Shown piece after piece: positions 1-11,357 of a stretch of 64,000 nucleotides of DNA. The position numbers and the translations under genes were made by a program. The notes beneath the pieces are model-generated. The model ran no database searches. It saw only the letters and a program-made list of their open reading frames with translations, and was not told where the DNA came from. The DNA lies in NCBI GenBank assembly GCA_963844715.1, contig CAWJPJ010000006.1, forward strand, positions 384,001 to 448,000. The letters are read 5' to 3'. Origin of the DNA: an uncultured Phycisphaerales bacterium. Lineage in GTDB: Bacteria; Planctomycetota; Phycisphaerae; Tepidisphaerales; Tepidisphaeraceae. Position 1 is the stretch's first letter, and each line of letters begins with the position of its first letter.

Positions 1-840
1 CTTGGTCTTAGCCATGGAGGGCTTTATGACCAAGCCGTTGGTGACCGACGAGCTTTGGGAGTTGATCCGACCCCTGCTTCCCAAGCACCGCAGTGGTCCA
101 GGAAAGCGCGGCCGGCCGCCGCTGGACGATCGCGCGGCGTTGTCGGGTATTCTGTTCGTGCTCAAAACCGGCATTCCGTGGGAATACCTTCCCCAGGAGA
201 TGGGATGCGGCAGCGGCATGAGTTGCTGGCGTCGACTGCGCGATTGGAACCATCGTGGGGTTTGGACGAAGCTGCACGGACTATTGCTGAATCGATTGCG
301 GCGGTCGAATGCCATCGACTGGTCGCGGGCCTTGGTGGATTCTGCTTCCGTGCGGGCCGTGCACGGGGGAAAAAAACGGGTCCGAGCCCGGTAGATCGCA
401 GGAAAAACGGTTCCAAGCACCATGTATTGACCGATGGCAACGGCACGCCGATGGTTGCCCTCCTGACGGCGGCCAACCGCCACGACATCACGCAACTGCT
501 GCCGCTGATCGATGCGATTCCAAAGGTCTCGGGCAAACCGGGCCGGCCGCGCTGGCGGTTCGAGGTGGTGCAGGGAGACCGGGCGTATCACTCCGAACCG
601 CACCGAAAGGCGTTGCGTCAGCGTGGCAGCCGCCCGTTGCTGGCCCGACGCAACCGCCCGCACGGAAGTGGTCTTGGCAAAACCCGCTGGCCGGTGGAGC
701 GTACGCTGAGTTGGTTGCATCAGAATCGCCGACTGCGAGTCCGTTACGAAAAACGGCCCGACATCCACGCCGCGTTCATGACCGTGGGTGAGGCAATGAT
801 CTGTTGGAACAGGCTTCATTCGCATTTTTGTTAGAGGCTC
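1..840 (+). mobile_element. IS5-family insertion sequence (IS427-like, two-ORF type); left end lies outside the window
   Basis: Transposase ORF pair. Probable right terminus ...TTTTGTTAGAGGCTC followed by TTAA at 841-844; the boundary cannot be confirmed without the left end. Confidence 0.8.
26..834 (+). CDS. IS5-family DDE transposase, expressed by -1 frameshift (orfA 26-394, orfB to 834)
   Basis: orfA has VTDELWELIRPLLP, GRPPLDDRAALSGILFVLKTGIPW and VDSASVRA. orfB has GSKHHVLTDGNG, GDRAY and RWPVERTLSWL. GGGGGAAAAAAAC slippery run at 365-377; GGAGG RBS before the ATG at 26. Confidence 0.92.
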
Positions 841-961
841 TTAAGTTCATTGGCGGGATCTAGAGATTTGCGAACTCGCATCGGCCGGGGTTGATCGGTC
901 CATTGCGCAGGTAAACGCCAGGTAATCTTGCGCGCCGAATAGCGCAGCAAGAAACGGGCCA

Positions 962-991
962 TGGGGCGATTGGTTGTTTCCAATCGCCCCA
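962..991 (-). terminator. Hairpin downstream of the PEP-CTERM gene (putative terminator)
   Basis: Perfect 12-bp inverted repeat TGGGGCGATTGG / CCAATCGCCCCA with a 6-nt loop. Confidence 0.6.
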
Positions 992-1030
992 GACCCAAAA
1001 TGTCACCCAAACTCTCCGCTCTGATCGAAT

Positions 1031-1744
1031 TTATGCCGTCTTACGACGCCGGGTCAGCAGACCCAGAGCGCCGATTCCGAGCACGGCCAAGGAAGTCGGT
1101 TCCGGAACCGGAGCCACGACAATCGAGAACGTTTCCGGATTAGCGATCGCGCCGGTATACGCCGGGGACGTGGAATTCGGGTCCAGGTCGTACAGGCTGT
1201 TGAACGTCGTGGTGAGATCCGCGCTCTTGGTGGCCGGATAGTTTTCAGCGCCCAGCACGAAGATATTGCTCACGTTCGTCGTGATCGTGATGCTGCCAAT
1301 CTGGATATCGCCGCTGGCGTTGGGAAGCGGCCCACTTGAGGCGGCTTCGCCCACGGCGTTGGCGATGCCCTGAAACGTCGAACTGTCCTTGCCCGACGGA
1401 TTGGCGAAACCGCCGCCGGCGGCGAAGTTATCGCCGTTGCTGGTGATACTTCCGGCACTGCCGGTGAGCGTTCCGGCGGCAGTGTTGCTCGTCTGGGTCA
1501 CGGAGAAGGCGGCCGTAAACATGCCGTCGTCCGACGTGATCAGCGAACTGCTGCCGTTGCTGAGCTGCTCATACAGATAAATGGGGATGGTGATCGGCAC
1601 CCCGGCCGTGGCGTTGTACGACGTGACGGCGGTACCGCCGGTATACGTCGTATATTTGTAGGTGATGGCCGCTTTAGCGCTTCCCGCGGCCGCCAAAGCC
1701 GCGGCCGCCGCTGCGGTCATCATTGCTGAACGTAACTTATGCAT
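1031..1744 (-). CDS. PEP-CTERM sorting-domain protein
   Basis: Signal peptide (AAAAAALAAAGSAKA), Ser/Thr/Gly-rich body, C-terminal VPEPTSLAVLGIGALGLLTRRRK; AGGAGG RBS. Confidence 0.92.
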   Translation of the reverse strand: MHKLRSAMMTAAAAAALAAAGSAKAAITYKYTTYTGGTAVTSYNATAGVPITIPIYLYEQLSNGSSSLITSDDGMFTAAFSVTQTSNTAAGTLTGSAGSITSNGDNFAAGGGFANPSGKDSSTFQGIANAVGEAASSGPLPNASGDIQIGSITITTNVSNIFVLGAENYPATKSADLTTTFNSLYDLDPNSTSPAYTGAIANPETFSIVVAPVPEPTSLAVLGIGALGLLTRRRKTA

Positions 1745-1766
1745 CTGACCTCCTAGGTCTTGGGTG

Positions 1767-1800
1767 AAAAGAGGCCTCGCCCCCAACCGGAGGCGAGGCC
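1767..1800 (-). terminator. Intergenic hairpin with U-tract between the giant surface protein and the PEP-CTERM gene
   Basis: GGCCTCGCC...GGCGAGGCC stem followed on the minus strand by TCTTTT. Confidence 0.55.
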
Positions 1801-1809
1801 ATGAATCCT

Positions 1810-4800
1810 TTAGTAGACGTAACTGACGGCGTAATCCTTGTTGAAATCGCGCAGCGAGATGGCGTTGATTGTGCCAGTCCCGTTGTAGTCGAGGGCGGCG
1901 TTATAGTTCGAGTCGCCGACCGAGGACGCATAATCCCTGTCGAAGCTACGCAAATCGCTCGCGTTTACCGTGCCGCTGCCGCTCAGATCACCGAACAGCA
2001 CGTGGAAGTACTGCGAATTACCAGAATCGGTTTCGTTCGAAGCAAACGTCACGGGGGTGACATTTCCGTTATCGAACTCGGCTGTGCCGGTCGCGGTATC
2101 GGTGATGGACGGGCCGTTCAATACCAACTGGTAGATACCGTTGACGAAGAACCCGTTATCGTTGCCGCCAGTGCGGTCGAGGGTGCCGCCCGGAGTTACG
2201 GCCAGTGTCAGGGTCGTGCCACCATCGGTTAGGGACGCGGTCACGTCGCCAGTGACATTCACGGGCGCCGCGCCGGTATCGATCGAGCCATCGGCGTTGA
2301 GAACTTCCTGATAGAGCGTGAAGGAGTTGCTGCCGAGGGTCACCGGCGTGTTAAATGTGACGCTGATCGAACCGACAGTGGACCGCTGAGCGGTGCCGTC
2401 GCCGACCTGGGAGCTTACGACGACCGGTTCGACCCCGTCGGTCCCGTGGAAGACAATGTTGTCCAGACGCCAGTTGCCCTTGCTGCCGTTGTAAGCGACG
2501 ACGCTGAACGGATTGCCAAGGGTGTTCAGCTGGGCGTTAGCGTACTGATCTTCCTGGGTGACCGTATCGCTGCCGCCGGTATCGGTGATGGTCATGGCGG
2601 TTTGGATCGAGGTGCCAAGAGTTCCCTGGAACTGCACGACATAGGCGGGATTGTTGCCCGTTGTGGGGTCCGCCGAGTTATAGGTGACCGATACATTGCT
2701 CGCACCGACGTTGCTAAGCGCCGCCAGCGCGGCCTGGATGTTGTTGGCCATCGTCGTGTTGTTCGCACTGTAGAGGATCGTGCTGGTGGTATGCCCGTTG
2801 AACGTCAGCGTAAAATTATGGTTGTCATTCAGCGTGATGGCCTGCTGATTGGACAAGATCGTGTTGTAGGCGTTGACCAACCGAATCCCAAAGTTCGCAT
2901 CGTTGTTCGCGCGAGAGACGCCGGTGAGATCGAAGACAACGGGGACAACGCCACCGACGGCGCTGTCGCCGTAGAAGTCATCGTTACCTGGGGCAAAGAG
3001 GGAGAGCTCGCTGCCGAGGTTGATCCAAGTCGAGCCGTTGAGCGTGTACTGCTCCTGGGCATTCTGCTCGCCGGAGTGAGTGGAGAACCAGTCCAGCGTT
3101 ATATAAATGCTGCTGTATCCGGTGGTGGGAACCATGAACTGGCCGCCCTGGGTGTACTGGGCGACGAAGTTGCTCCAGCCGTTTGCGGGGGCCCCACCGG
3201 AAGTGGCGTTGATACCGGAACGGAGGCGCAAGTATTTTCGCTGAAGCTGGTGTCGACAACGTCGGGGCCGGAGGTGGCGACGTCGTCGGCATTGACGGCG
3301 CCGGGTGAACCGGTCCCGGTCGCGGGGTCGTTGGGGTTGTAAGCCAGGTTGAAGCCGATGGCGGTGGCGGTGCCGCCGACATCGAGGGAGCTGTCAACGC
3401 CGGCTGCGACAGGAGCGGGACTGTTGACATAGAGATCGGCCGAGGAACCGCTGGAGTTGACGTTCTGGTAAAGCTCGTTGAAGTCCCAATCGGTGAGGAT
3501 GCCGTCGGTGGGAAGAACCGTGAGAGTGACGGCATTGGTGTTGGTGACACCAGCGGAACTGGTGAACTGGGCTCGATACATATAGCCGTTCTGAGTCGTG
3601 TTATCCGCGGTAACGATGTTGAGGGTATCGGTGGCCGAACCGGCCACGGTCACATCGTCGTCGGCCAGATTGGTCCAGGTGCTGCCGCCGTTGGTGCTAA
3701 TCTGCCACTGAACGGTCGGCGTGGGAGTGCCGATGGCATAGGTCGTGAACATCGTACCTTCGCCCTGCTGAACCGATTCATTGGTCGGCTGAATGAGGAT
3801 ATACGGGGCGACGGGAGCTTCCACCGTGAGAGTTGCCCCAACGGTGTCGGTGCTGCCGGCCCCATTGGAGAAGACCGCGCGGTATTGCAAGCCGTTCTGG
3901 TCGAGATCCGTGTCGGTCGTGAAGGTGTAAGTGGAGGTGTATTGATTGCCTGCTTGGGCGGTGAAGGTGCCGCCAGTTGGCGTGACCGTGCCGCCCGAAA
4001 CCGCCGACCAGCTCGTGCCATTGCTGCTGACCTGCCATGCAACCGTGGGGAGGGTTTCGGAATAAGCGGTGGCCGTGAATGTGACGGGCTGGCCGGCGGC
4101 GATGGTTTGAGAAACGGGGGTGGTCTCGATGCCGGGGGTGCCGGTGAGGGTATCGCCGTTGAAGGAGATGTCGCCGAATTCCCAGTTTCCGCCGCCGTCA
4201 ACGAAGCCGGTGGCACCGAACTGCTGAACGGTGGTGCCGCTGATGATGGCTCCGGACTGGACCGGCGTGACGGTGATGGTGCCGGACCCTATGTGCGTGA
4301 TCAATCCGTCGAGGGTGCCTAGCAGGATGGGGCTTCCGGAGGTGAAGCCGGTGGTGGACGCCACATCGATAACCACGGACTGGTTGGCCGTGATGGAGTA
4401 TGGGGCCGTCGTGGTGGTGGTGATGGTATTGGGCGTGGCATTCTGCCAAGTGGCGACGCTGTCGCCGGACGAAGAGATCGTCATCTGGGGCTCGACGGTA
4501 TTTTTCAAGGCGCCCTGGAAGATGACGGAGTAGCCGTTGTAAGCCGTAATGGGGCCCGGCGGCGTGTAGGTGTTGGTCGCGATTGTGGAGGAGACCAGGA
4601 CGTTGCCGGCGCCAATGTTGGAAAGAGCGGACAGGGCGGTTTGGATATTCGCCGCCATGGTGGTGGCGTTGCCGCTATAGACGATGGTTCCGGTGGTGTG
4701 GCCATTGAAGGTGAGCGTGAAGTTGCTGGTATCCGGGTTATCCGTCGTGCCGCCGGAGGCGACATAACTGTCGAGATCGATGACCTGGATATCGCTGGCC

Positions 4801-7148
4801 AAACCGAAACCGCTGGCGTATTGACCATGCGAACCGACGCCGCCATTAACGAACGGGTTACCGTCGATAATGTTGGGCAGAGCCGGGTCGTAAACGGAAA
4901 CGAGGCGAACTTGCAAATCGGGATTATTGTTGGCGAAAGAGACTCCCTGCAGGTTGACTTCGACACCGGAGGGGTCGGGGTTTTGGATGACGGTGGCGTC
5001 GGCGGAGACTGATCCGGAGGCGGTGGGGACAATGCTCAACTGGCCGGTGGTAGATCCAACCACGATAGCACCAACCCCACCTACAGTGATCGCCTCATCA
5101 TAGAAGAACCCGCTGCTGCTGGCGACGTTGATGTTAGTGCTGGTGTCCGCGGTGAGAGAATAGCCCTGGGAAGTGGTGGTCGGGGCCGTGGCGCCGTAGT
5201 AGTCGCCACTGAGAGCCTGGATGGGCGTTCCGACGTTGACCCAAGTTCCGTCATCGTTGTACTGAGCCTGCATGTCGCCGATGGCGCCCTGAGTCCAATT
5301 GAAGTTCAAGGTAACGTTGCTGTAACCCTGGGTATCCACGGTGAATTCGACGCCTTGGGTATCCTGCGGAGCGTTCTGGCTCCAGCCGTCCGGATTTCCG
5401 GGGGACCCTGTGGGGCCTTCGCCCGAACCGCCGCGAACGCGCCAGACATATTCGGAGAAGCCGGGGTCGTTGTTGCTGGCGATGGGGATGATGTCTGCTT
5501 CGGGGCCGGACGGATTGCCGTCGTAGGAGTTGGTCATTCCGAGGACTTCAGCGGAGTTATCGCTCAGGGTGCCGTTGTAAGTCGTGGGATCGGGCGAATT
5601 ACCGGTTCCCTGGGAGGTGTCGCCGCCGGGCGAGGCGCCCTCACCAGTGGAGAAGTTCCACTGGGTGATGGGAGTTCCCTGGACGGTGACGGTCGCGGCC
5701 GTGGTCGTTGCCATACCGTCGCCGTTCATGTAGGTCGCTTCGTATTCGGTGCCGGTGATGGACTCGTTGGCGGTGAGAGTGAGGATGGGCGTGGTTGCCC
5801 CGGAGACGCCGGTGCCGTTATTCAATTGATTCCAGCTCGACCCGCCGTTGGTGCTGTAATACCACTGGTCGCTCAGGGTCGGAACGCCAATGGCGGAGGA
5901 AACGAGCGTGACGGTGGAACCGGCGGCAACTTCCTGACTAGCGGGATCACCGTTGATGACCGGGGAGGTGGCAACCGTGAGGGTTGCAGCGTTGGACGTC
6001 GCCGAGCCCGCTGCGCTGCTGAATATCGCTTCGTATTGATAGCCGTTTTCGGTGCCCGTGGTGCTGCTAATGGTGAGCGTATCGGTTGTATTGTCGGAAT
6101 CCGTCGTATCCATCGCGAAGCCGGAGCCGTTGTTGACCCACCACTGGACGGTCGGGGTGGGGTTGCCAGACGCGGTGGCTGTGAACGAAACCGAATTTCC
6201 GGCCGCGACAACCTGACTGATCGGCTGGGTGGTGACCGCGGGGGCGGCACCGCCCGCAGTGATCTTGATGTCATCGATGCGCCAGTTACCGGCTGGACTC
6301 GTGGCGCCGCCCTGTTGGAGGTCGGCGCTGCCGGTGGCGGCGTTGACAATGCGTACGCCGAAGTTCGCATCGTTATTCACGCCGGAAATGCCGGTTAGAC
6401 TGACTTGGATTCCGTTTTGCCAATAGAGGCCGTCGCCGTTGGCGGGGTTGGCGAATTCGAAATAGGATCCATTGACGATATTAGGATTGGTGGTGTTGGT
6501 GGCGATGGTCATACCATCGCTAGCGCCGGCATTGGTGCCTCCGCCGACGGTTCCGATGGTCAGATCAGCCGCCGGGGCATTGATCCAAGTTGTGCCATCG
6601 GTGGTGTACTCGACCTGGAAAGCGTCCGTGGCGGAACCCGAGGAGGGGTCGAGATCGAAAGTGAGGACGATCGAGGAATAGCCGACGGTGCTGGTGGAGA
6701 ACTGAGCGCCCTGGGTTCCGATTCCGGCGGTGCTGCTCCAGCCATCGTTGCAACCGCGTAGGCGCGAAGCGTTAGCGCCGACGCCCTCGCTGCTCTGATC
6801 GGTTTGGCCGCCGTTGGCGGGGTTGTTGCCAGAGCCGACGAGAATAGCCGAGATATCGCCTGGCGGGGTTGTTGCTACGGCACCGGGGGTTGGGTAGGCG
6901 TAAACGCCGCCCGGTGAATTGGTGTTGGTCCCTGAAGTCTGGAACCCGATGGAAAGAGCGGTGCCGGTACCGGTGCTGGGGGCGGGGGAAAGGTTTGTGG
7001 CAACGGACAAGTTAGTAAATGTCCAGGCCGCGACGGTGGTACTCAGCATGACGCGATCTTCCATTTGCTCCATGGCGAAGACGGCGGCGCTGGCAATTGC
7101 CTTCTTGGCGGACCGGTAGTTTTTTCGCTCTTTGTGGTTTACGCGCAT
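1810..7148 (-). CDS. Giant secreted/surface protein (~1780 aa): LEPR-XLL-type N-terminus, Ig-like repeats, three repeated beta-rich domains, C-terminal dockerin-like domain; one frameshift near 3230
   Basis: MEQMEDRVMLS motif; Ig repeats (VTTQPISQVV...PTPTVQW...NGYQY); planctomycete-type GDGTAQRSTV...LFGDLSGSGTVNASD...DYNGTGTIN ending. ORFs 3099-7148 and 1810-3231 join in the middle of a domain. GAGGAGG RBS. Confidence 0.85.
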
Positions 7149-7739
7149 CGGTTCCTCCTCTAGTTAGTTGAACCCCAAACGACCCCAACGACGGGACGGT
7201 GGTGAGATACCTGTCGATGGTGTCAAGTCTTGATCGGACACTCCAACCCTTGTGTCGCTCGCGCGACACGACTGCGATGAATGAACATCGCGGTACAGAT
7301 TGCTGAGCGGATTAAAGAGGGAGAATCCGTCTCCTTCCCTCGCCCAGCGCCTCAGATATGTCTGCCGGAGAATCTTCTATAAGGAAGCGTCTTCTCCAGT
7401 GACCTCCTGACGGGCGGGAAAATACGGGTCGAACATGTGGCCGCTGCTATGGGTGCCTAAAGATTTGGTTAATGTTCCCGAAAAAAGCGCAATCCGTTTG
7501 GCAGGAGACGGCGCGCGGGAATTGTTTGGATCGGGTTAATATTCTGCTAACCGCTTAAAATTCGCCGTGCTCCCGTTACGCTAACGAAACGTTAATTGCA
7601 TTCGCTTATTTTCCTGCGGCGGCGCGGGCCATGTCTTGCGCTTCGAAAATGGAGTAGGGCGCTCTTTTCAAGATCCTGCATACATTTGAAAAAGATATTT
7701 GGCCTCGGTAAACGGAGTGCATCTGGAAGGAGAAACTTC

Positions 7740-8777
7740 ATGAGCGGGAATTCAAAGCGGGGAGGATTCACTCTAGTTGAGTTGCTGGTGGTCATCGGAA
7801 TCATTGCGATTCTGGTGGGAATTCTGCTGCCGTCGCTAACCAAGGCTCGCCAGCAGGCGCAATTGGTGGAATGCCAGAGCAATTTGCGGCAATGGGGGAT
7901 TGGTATCGAGGATTACTGCGATATCAGCTTCGGCATGTTGCCTTCCAAAGGGGTCGATGCGAGTACGATGCCCGGATACGCGCCCGCTAATGGTTTTGTG
8001 GGGTTTGACGACAAAAGCCTTTGGTTCAACGCGATTCCGCCCTTCGTTAATACGCAAAGCTACTATCAAATGCTGGTGGCGAATTACCAGGATCCGAAAG
8101 ACAATCCGCTACCCCAATATCAGTTTGGACAGAACGACATTTTTGTCTGTGCCTCCGCAGCGCCGGCCGGCCCTCGTCCCGGCCAGGACCCGCCGCTGGA
8201 TCCGCTTAACCAGAATATGTTCACGCAGTATGGTATCGACAGCAACAGCGTGATCCGGGTGGGCCTGCATCCCACGAAGTATTTCGATTTCGACTTCAGC
8301 TACTGCTTTAATTCACAGCTCACCGATCCGCAGAACCAGCCGGCGGGCTTCCAAGCATCCACTTATCCGCTGAGGATTTCCAAATGCAGTCCTGCCAGTA
8401 CGGTTGCGCTGATGTTCGAGAAAATATCGAACTATCGGGAGTACGCGTACGACAAGGGAGTGCAGGATTGGCTTAATTCGCCGGTTACCAAGGATGAATT
8501 TTCGGCTGCCTCGCCAGAATATACGAGCGGTCCGGAGATCGATTCCAGCGGTTTTTGCAAGAACGTATGCCAGCAGGACACCGACTGGACGCGTTTTGCG
8601 GTTTGCCACAACGGCGGCGGAAATGTGCTGTTTGCGGATGGACACGTAGCCTGGTTCAAATGGTCCGATGTCCAGCTTGGTCTATCTCAATTTCCGCTGC
8701 CTCAGAACACGCTGCCAAACCACAATGTGAACAATGCCGGGATTATTTGGTGTCCGCTTGGACCGCCAGACAAATAA
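7740..8777 (+). CDS. Prepilin-type N-terminal cleavage/methylation protein with H-X9-DG motif (DUF1559-like)
   Basis: GFTLVELLVVIGIIAILVGILLPSL, CQSNLRQWG, HNGGGNVLFADGHV. Confidence 0.92.
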   Translation: MSGNSKRGGFTLVELLVVIGIIAILVGILLPSLTKARQQAQLVECQSNLRQWGIGIEDYCDISFGMLPSKGVDASTMPGYAPANGFVGFDDKSLWFNAIPPFVNTQSYYQMLVANYQDPKDNPLPQYQFGQNDIFVCASAAPAGPRPGQDPPLDPLNQNMFTQYGIDSNSVIRVGLHPTKYFDFDFSYCFNSQLTDPQNQPAGFQASTYPLRISKCSPASTVALMFEKISNYREYAYDKGVQDWLNSPVTKDEFSAASPEYTSGPEIDSSGFCKNVCQQDTDWTRFAVCHNGGGNVLFADGHVAWFKWSDVQLGLSQFPLPQNTLPNHNVNNAGIIWCPLGPPDK

Positions 8778-8935
8778 CCGGCAAGATTCGTCTGGACCGA
8801 CGTTCAATCCTCCGCGGGGCCGGGGCTAATCGGCGCGCGGAGAGCGCGGGTGCGGGTGACGGCAGAGACTCGCGATCGCTCCCAAGTCGAACAAACCTAA
8901 GGCGGCGGCAGTCGCTGTGACATCGATTCTGAATT

Positions 8936-11214
8936 ATGAGCGCAGGCGTCGGACAAACCCGGATTCAGGATGCGCTGCGGCTTCATCAGTCCGGGAAACT
9001 GGCGGAGGCGGAGGAAATCTATCGGCAGATATTGGAAACGCAGCCGCGAAGTCCGGAGGTGCTGCATCTTTTGGGGGTGTTGCGAGGACAATCGGGCGAT
9101 CCGGCAGGGTCGATTGAGCTTTTGAAGCGAGCCGTTGAGATCACTGCGAGTGATCCGGTTCTTTGGAACAACCTGGGAGAGGCTTATCGACAGGGAGCGA
9201 GACTGCCCGAAGCCATCGCGGCTTATCGGCGCGGGCTGGAGATCAATCCAAAATCGAGCGAGTCGCTGCGCAACCTGAGCATTGCGCTCGAGACTGTCCG
9301 GGCAAATGGACGAAGCGATGGCCGCGTGCCGTAGGGCGATTGCGCTGAGGCCGGATTATGCGGAGGCGCTCAACGATCTTGGAAATATGGTCGCCGACAG
9401 GAAACGGTACGCGGAGGCGATCACTGCGTACCGGCAGGCGATTGCGCATAGCCCGCGGTTCGCCAAGGCGTATTACAACCTGGGGATCGCGATGGCGAAC
9501 AACGGACAGCGGGCGGAGGCGGCCGAGGCGTATCGCGGCGCGGTCGCCGTCGATGGGAACTACGCGGAGGCGTGGAATAATCTCGGCTATGTGCTTCGTG
9601 AATTGGGGAAAATGGAGGAAGCGATCGCGGCGTTCGGCCGGGCAATGCAATCGCGTCCGGACATGGCGGAGATTCATCGCAATCTCGGGCTGGTGTTTTT
9701 CGAAATGGGCCGATACGAGCAGGCGATTGGCGCCTATCGGCGGGCGCTGGCGCTGAACCCGAATTATCCCGAAGGCCTGGTGAGTCTTGGGAACGCGATC
9801 AAGTCAACGGGACGGCTGGGTGAGGCCGTCGATCTATATCGACGGGCAATCGCGCTGAGCGGGGATTACGCGGATGCTTACACCGACCTGGGCAGCGCCC
9901 TCAAAGACCAGGGGGAACTGGACGAAGCAATCGCGGCGTATCGGCGCACGATGGAACTGAAGCCGGACGAGCCGCCGGCGCACAGCAATCTGATTTTCGG
10001 GCTGCACTACCATCCGGACGCGGATGCGCGGACGATCGCAGAGGAACACGCGAGATGGAACGCGAAGTTTGGGCGGCCAGGGCGCGGGGGATTGCGCGCG
10101 CATACGAATGATCGGAATCCGCAACGGCGGCTGCGGGTCGCGTATATTTCGCCGGATTTTCGAGATCACCCGGTGGCGCGATTTCTGCTGCCGGTGTTGA
10201 AGAATCATGATCATGCGGCATTTGATATCGTGGCGTATTCGCTTTCGCCAATGACGGACAGCACGACGGAAAGAATCCGCCCGCACATGGACCAGTGGCG
10301 GCAGATGGAGAGTCTGTCAGATCAGCAGGCGGCGGAGCAAATCCGAGCCGACGAAATCGATATTCTCGTGGACCTGGCCATGCACACGGGGGGAAATGCG
10401 CCTGCGCGCTATGGCGCTGAAGCCGGCGCCGGTGCAGTTCACGTATCTCGCCTATTGTTCGAGCACGGGATTGGAGACGGTGGATTATCGATTGAGCGAT
10501 CCTTATCTGGATCCGCCGGGGGAAGATGAGTCGGGCTATACGGAGCGGACGATTCGGCTGCCGAATACCTGGTGGGTCTATGAGCCGAGCGAGTTGGCTG
10601 GGGAAATTTCCACTGCGGTGATGGCCCCGCGTGGGGAGATTACTTTCGGCTGTCTGAATTCTTTTCGGAAAGTCAGCCGGCCTGCTATCGCCGCCTGGGC
10701 GAGAATTTTGCGAGAGGTCCCCGGGTCGCGTCTCTTGCTGCACTCGGCGGAGGGAAGTCATCGCGATCGATTACTGGGGCGGTTTGAAGAACACGGGGTT
10801 GGGCGCGAGCGAATTGAGTTCGTGGGATTTGTACCAATGGGAAAGTATTTTCAGCTCTATGACCGGATCGACGTGGCCCTGGACCCATTTCCTTATTGCG
10901 GCGGGACGACGACGTGCGATGCACTTTGGATGGGGGCGCCGGTGGTGACGCTTTCAGGACGGACGGCGGTTGGGCGCGCGGGGCGGAGTATTTTGTCCAA
11001 TGTGGGGCTGGAGAAGTTTGTGGCTCAATCCGAGGATCAATATGTGAAGATCGCGGTGGACCTGGCCGGGAATGTCGCGGAGCGACTGGAGCTTCGGCGG
11101 ACCATGCGCGACCGGATGCGGAATTCGCCGCTGATGGACGGGGCGAGTTTGGCACGGAATATCGAGGCGGCATATCGGGATGCGTGGCGGGAATGGACGA
11201 AATCGAGCGGCTAG
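8936..11214 (+). CDS. TPR-containing SPINDLY/OGT-like glycosyltransferase (GT41), copy 1; frameshifts near 9300 and 10400
   Basis: Many TPRs, then RLRVAYISPDFRDHPV, IDILVDLAMHT, PAPVQFTYLAY, LDPFPYCGGTTTCDALWMGAPVVTL. Confidence 0.88.
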
Positions 11215-11357
11215 CCGAGGTCGTTGCTCTCGGCAACATTATCCATACCATGGTTTTTTGCGATCACTGACACGCTTTATCGATTCCAAGGGAGTTCGCA
11301 TGATGATTCACCTTCAGACTGAGCATCGGACGCACGAACGGGATTAGGACCCACCCC

